DNA from: Eledone cirrhosa
Lineage: Eukaryota
Reading direction: 5' to 3'
DNA length: 64,000 nt
Assembly (NCBI GenBank): GCA_964016885.1
Contig: CAXHJY010001470.1
Coordinates: forward strand, 1 to 64,000
Position numbers and translations under genes: made by a program. The notes beneath the pieces are model-generated. The model saw only the letters and a program-made list of their open reading frames with translations. It ran no database searches and was not told where the DNA came from. Below, in pieces: positions 58,295 through 64,000 of this stretch. Position 1 is the stretch's first letter. Each line of letters starts with the position of its first letter.

Positions 58295-59183
58295 CAACAA
58301 TGACAACAACAACAACAGCTCCAACTACAAAACAGTCAAATTTGTTATATCGTTGATATTTCCTATGTAAGGTGAGGAAGAAATAACTTTGAACAAAATA
58401 AAAAGATAATAATAATAATAATAAATAAATTCAGGAATGTATTATGCAACGACAGACCATTATTCATTCTTGAAATATTTTTCAGAACGCTTACTTACAG
58501 CATTCAGTTACCTAATATCACAAGTAGCCATTTTGCCATTACGCTCAGCAGCCGATAAAGACAGGCTAACAAAAAAAGATAGAAATAAAAAAACAACCGC
58601 TAGATCTACGCTGACGATGACGTTATATTGCCAGCAGCAAACGAGGTGGTTGCCATGTTTAGACAGTAATAATAGAGTGGCGGGCTTTTTCCACGTTCAG
58701 TTACATTACGTAAAAATTGTAGTTGGTTTGTTTCCTACACACACACACACATACACACACACACTCTCTCGTGTACACACATAGGAATCGAATATTTTCA
58801 GTGGATGTACCCATACATACATACATACACACATACACACATACACATATTTACACACACATATTTACACACGCACATATATACACACTTTATATACATA
58901 CATACGTACGTACATACATACATGTATATATATATATATATAAATACTTTAGACGTATATCGTTTGATTTGTCCAGGTGTATCTTTTAACCTGTTAGTTC
59001 TTTCGTTACTTTGGTATTGTATGGTTGGGTTTTGCCAACCGCAATGTTCAATTTGTCAAGCTATTTAAACGTATGTTATTACTCTAAGGACCTACCCTTA
59101 TTGAGTGCTTTGCTAACTCATTCTTATTGTAGGTCGACTTTGCTTGCCCACAGCCAAAGCTTCGATTTTACTAAGCTTCCACT

Positions 59184-59267
<84 letters not shown>

Positions 59268-60573
59268 TACGCTGACACATTTGCCTCTCCATGTCAAAAG
59301 GGCATCGCTGAGAGAGAAAGAGAGACTAATTGGGCCGAGACAGTGTGTGTGTGTGTGTACTCGATTAATCTTTCTTTACCCCTCTAAAGAGGTGGGGCCT
59401 CATGTCTCCATGCAACAGCAAGAACCGAATAACTAGGTATAAATAGGTGTTTGTATGCTACCGAGGTTCAACTTGGAGCTCACCACAAGTCCGTTTTCTT
59501 GTACAAAGGTAAGATAGTATACCCCACCCTCTCCAAAAAAAAAAAGCAAGGCACAAAAATAAGTGACGTTGAGCTATCTTGTAAGCTTATGTTTTGGGGA
59601 TGTTTTTTCTTTTCTCTTTACTGTTCCCTGCTGAAATGTCCGATGGTCATTATATATATGCCCGGGGTCCTATATGTTATCAAATATGGTACTTAAGGTT
59701 TGACGCCCATCATAATATCTCCAGCCGATGTTTTCGTGTTCTTGTAGAGATCGATATGGAGCTAACAGCTAAGTCATTAAGGACTTCGTTTCGCAATCAT
59801 GAAGTTCTGAGTTCGATTCGATCCCACTGTGCGATATCTTCGGCAACCGTGTCCTTAGCAAAGTCCCGTGTCCTTAGTAAAGTCCCGTTTTCTTAGCAAA
59901 GCCCCGTGTCTTTAACAAAGTCCCGTGTCCTCAACAAAGTCCCGTGTGTAAAAATAGGAAAATGGAACTGTGTGGCAGCAAGTCAGGTGAATTGTCTGTA
60001 TTTCAATGTTCCACCTTTGTCACATATTCTCTCAAGCTGATTCTTTTTGGGAGTTAAGGTTAAGAATACAGAAGAGTCTGTGGAATACTCAACCACTTTA
60101 TAATACCTTATAATACCTTTGTCAAATATATTGTCTCACATTGCTGATTCTTCTTTGAGAGTTTGTTAAAGGTACACGTGTTTGTGGAAGACTCAAACAT
60201 TTTACATCTTGATTCACGAGCTGGAAGTTCAGTTGATCGAAACATTGAACATGCATCCTTGAAACTGACAGAGGGCCCATCATCATTTATGATATAACCG
60301 CCACCCCCATCACCCCACCAAACCCCCACCCCATATATTGTGATAGACAGGACATGTGGTGGACCAATTCTACCTGATTATCGGATGGGTTGCTATGATA
60401 ATATTGTGGTACGGTTCCGTGTGGAGTAGTGTATTCTTGAGCAAAACACTTTATTTCAAATTGCTCCAGTATACTCCGCAGAAAATGTGTACCAGCAGCA
60501 ATAGCTGGGGAGGTTAAACCTTGCGATGGACTGGCGTCCTATCCAGGTGGGGGAGTCTTGTATTCTCAATCAC

Positions 60574-60984
60574 TTAACCCTTTAGCATTTAAACCTGTTG
60601 TATCCGGCCAGAATTCTCTCGCCTCTTTCTGTTCAAACTGGACATAACTGGCCACTCATACTGATGTTAAGGTAATGTTCTCAAAATGAATAACAGAAAA
60701 ATCTCCGTAGATTCAATATTATGTGAAATAATTATGTAAGGTAAAGCCTTTACCACAAAAATACAATAGTGTATATAGAATAATTGTTTCTACTTTTGGC
60801 ACAAGGACAACAATTACCCCAGTACATTATTGATACTTTATTTTATCGACCCCGTAAGGATGAAAGGCAAAGTTAACCTCGACGGGATTTGAACTCAGAA
60901 TGACAAGGGCCGTAACTCTATGCGTCAAAGCATGGCGTCCGACCCTCTACCGATACTGCCAATCCATAAATGCTAAAGGGTTGA
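60574..60984. mobile_element. piggyBac-like MITE containing a nested SINE C (60780-60966, minus)
   Basis: TTAA|ccctttagcattta (60578-60591) ... taaatgctaaaggg (60967-60980)|TTGA. CCC/GGG termini with a TTAA-type target site. Confidence 0.75.
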
Positions 60985-62065
60985 GGCACACATTGTTCCC
61001 TATATCAACCAGGGCATCCCCCAACTACCTTTTTGAGGGCATCAGGGAATTTGGGAGTCTCTTCGGTTTGTTGATAAACAGCCGAATATCCCCTTTCCTC
61101 CTTTTTCTTTCCTCTGTCTGTCTGTATCTATGTATGTGTGTGTGTATGTGAGTGAGTGTGTATGTGTATATATATCTCTCTGTGTGGGTGCGTGTGTGTG
61201 GGTGTGTGTGTGTGTGTATGTATGTATATGTGTATGTATATATATGTCTGTCTGTGTGTGGTCGTCCTTAAATTGATGTACATATATATATATGTGTGTG
61301 TGTATGTATGTATGTGTGTGTATGTAGGTGTGTGTGTATGTAGGTGTGTGTGTCTATGTAGGTGTGTGTGTATGTAGGTGTGTGTGTGTATGTCTATTGT
61401 TGTACGGATTAAGAAAGAGATTGTCTACAGCCGAAGATTAGGATAATCCCTTCCTTTAATCTTCACCTTTATCCACACCCACGCACACACACACACACTG
61501 ACACACGTGTGTGGATGTCTGTGTGTGTGTGTGGTATTAATGTGTGTGTGTGGTATTAATGTGTGTGGTATTAATGTGTGTGTGTATGTATTAGTGTGTG
61601 TGTTGGTATTTCTCTGTGGATGTTTGTGTGTGGTATTAATGTGTGTGTGTGGTATTAATGTGTGTGTGTGGTATTAATGTGTGTGGTATTCTGTGTATGT
61701 ATGTATTAGTGTGTGTTGGTATTTCTCTGTGGATGTTTGTGTGTGTGGTATTAGTGTGTGTGTGTATTGGTGGTGTGTGTGTATGTGCGCGGATATCTGT
61801 GTGTATGTGTGTTTGGGTGTTTGTATTAGTGTGTGTATTTGTGTGTGTTGTATTAATGTGTGTGTGTGTGGTCTTAATGTGTGTATGTGTGTGTGTGTTC
61901 GGATATCTGTGTGTGTATAAGTGTGTGTTTCTCTGTGGGTGGTTGTCAATATTTGTGTGTTGTGGGTGTTTCGCTGTGTGTGTGTTTGTTTAAGTGTGAG
62001 TATTTGTGTGTGTGTGTGTGTGTATTTTTAGTGCAGGTGTGTGGCGGGGGTAGGGGGTATACTGT

Positions 62066-62107
<42 letters not shown>

Positions 62108-62149
62108 ATATATATATAAAACTGGTATTTATAAAACTGGTATATATTG

Positions 62150-62214
62150 TATTTTGTCTGATGAAAGCACACCATAATTTAACATGGTGTCCTTGAAATA
62201 TGTATAATAAAATA
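62150..62214 (+). ncRNA. Family H complete hammerhead
   Basis: tattttgt CTGATGA aag c acaccat aatttaac atggtgt c ctt GAAA tatgta TA ataaaata. Confidence 0.8.
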
Positions 62215-62253
62215 GATATGGTTTTACAAATATAGTTTCCATTTGTTAATATC

Positions 62254-63195
62254 GTATGTGTATATATATGTATGTATGTGTATATATATATATGTATGTG
62301 TATATATATATATGTATGTGTATATATATGTATGTATGTGTATATATATGTATGTATGTATGTGTATATATATGTATGTATGTGTATATATATGTATGTA
62401 TGTGTATATATATATATGTATGTGTATATATATATATATGTATGTGTATATATATATATATGTATGTGTATATATATATATGTATGTGTATATATATATA
62501 TGTATGTGTATATATGTATGTGTATATATATGTATGTATGTGTATATATATGTATGTATGTTTATATGTGCGGTTTATACAGTGAAGCAACCACTACCAC
62601 CACCACCACCACCACTACTACTACAATTACAGCTTCTACTACTACTACAGCTGCTACTACTACTACTACTACTACTACAACTACAGCAACTACTACTACT
62701 ACAGCAACTACTACTACTACAGCAACTACTACTACTACAGCAACTACTACTACTACAGCAACTACTACTACTACAGCAACTACTACTACTACTGCAACTA
62801 CTACTACTACTGCAACTACTACTACTACTACTACTGCAACTACTACTACTACTACTACTGCAACTACTACTACTACAGCAACTACTACAACTACAGCAAC
62901 TACTACTACTACAGCAACTACTACTACTACAGCAACTACTACTACTACAGCAACTACTACTACTACAGCAACTACTACTACTACTGCAACTACTACTACT
63001 ACTGCAACTACTACTACTACAGCAACTACTACTACTACAGCAACTACTACTACTACAGCAACTACTACTACTACAGCAACTACTACTACTACTGCAACTA
63101 CTACTACTACTGCAACTACTACTACTACTGCAACTACTACTACTACTACTGCAACTACTACTACTACTACTGCAACTACTACTACTACTACAGCA

Positions 63196-63242
<47 letters not shown>

Positions 63243-63246
63243 AGCA

Positions 63247-63279
<33 letters not shown>

Positions 63280-63310
63280 GCAGCTACTACTACAGCTACT
63301 ACTACTACTA
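62254..63310. repeat. (TATG/TA)n followed by (CTA)n with periodic CAGCAA/CTGCAA
   Basis: Direct reading. Confidence 0.95.
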
Positions 63311-63483
63311 AATAATGGTTTCTTATATAGGCACAAGGCCAGCAATTTTCGGGAGGGGGAAAGTCGATTAAATCGACCCCAGTGAATTACTGGTATTCTA
63401 TTGTAGCGACCCTGTAAGGATGACAGGTAAAGCTAACCTCGGCGGGATTTGAACTTGGAAGGTAAATAGCCATAACTCTGTGC
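63311..63483 (-). mobile_element. SINE C subfamily variant
   Basis: ggcacaaggccagcaattt...aagtcgattaaatcgacccc...ggcgggatttgaact. Confidence 0.8.
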
Positions 63484-63698
63484 CGTTAAGCGGCACAACA
63501 TCCCAATATCCATGTTCATCCCCTCTCCCCGCACTTCAGTTAATCGACAGCGGCCACGCCAACATCCCAACATCCATGTTCAGCCCCTCTCCCAACATCC
63601 ATGTTCAGCCCCTCTCCCCACAGACACGATCACACTGTAATATATAATGTCCATCTTATCACTTGTGGATAATGGTGGCGGCAGAATCGGTAGTGTCG

Positions 63699-64000
63699 GA
63701 GGGTATGAACATGGATATTGGGATGTTGGAAGGTGATGCCCCAGCATGGCCGCTGGAGTGAAGAGAGAGGAGGGTATGAACATGGATATTGGGATGATGG
63801 AAGGTGATGCCCCAGCATGGCCGCTGGAGTGAAGAGAGAGGAGGGTATGAACATGGATATTGGGATGATGGAAGGTGATGCCCCAGCATGTCCGCTGGAG
63901 TGAAGAGAGAGGAGGGTATGAACATGTATATTGGGATGTTGGAAGGTGATGCCCCAGCATGGCCGCTGGAGTGAAGAGAGAGGGTATGAACATGTATATT
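63699..64000. repeat. 71-bp tandem repeat, at least 4 copies, runs off the window
   Basis: Units start at 63699, 63770, 63841 and 63912. Confidence 0.95.

Noticed and set aside
62243-63385. Poly-Leu/Gln, poly-Thr and poly-Ser ORFs
   Set aside because: (CTA)n-based microsatellite.

Overview
Eukaryotic, AT-rich, repeat-saturated animal DNA. The SINE families and the extreme (TA)n/(CA)n/(TATG)n load look like a coleoid cephalopod (Octopus-like), which is my inference from recalled repeat sequences. I found no convincing host protein-coding gene, and almost every ORF in the track is a microsatellite artefact. Recognisable protein relics are a Tc1/mariner transposase fragment (~7021-7387, +) and a Helitron PIF1-helicase C-terminus with a CTAG 3' end (~45973-46636, +). 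Other repeats include at least three tRNA-derived SINE families, a piggyBac-like MITE and several mini/microsatellites. The main signal is more than 20 type I hammerhead-ribozyme motifs (CTGANGA ... GAAA ... NUH with helices I-III traced by eye). They belong to about 10 unrelated short repeat families and sit almost always against (TA)n tracts. They are often fold-back (inverted) duplications whose junctions fall inside the ribozyme. This matches the pseudo-LTR ends of Penelope-like retroelements or non-autonomous retrozyme-like RNAs. Several families carry recurrent non-canonical core variants (U.U or C.A at pair 10.1-11.1; CAGAAGA core). Family labels A-N are my own. All coordinates were read by eye, so repeat boundaries are approximate.
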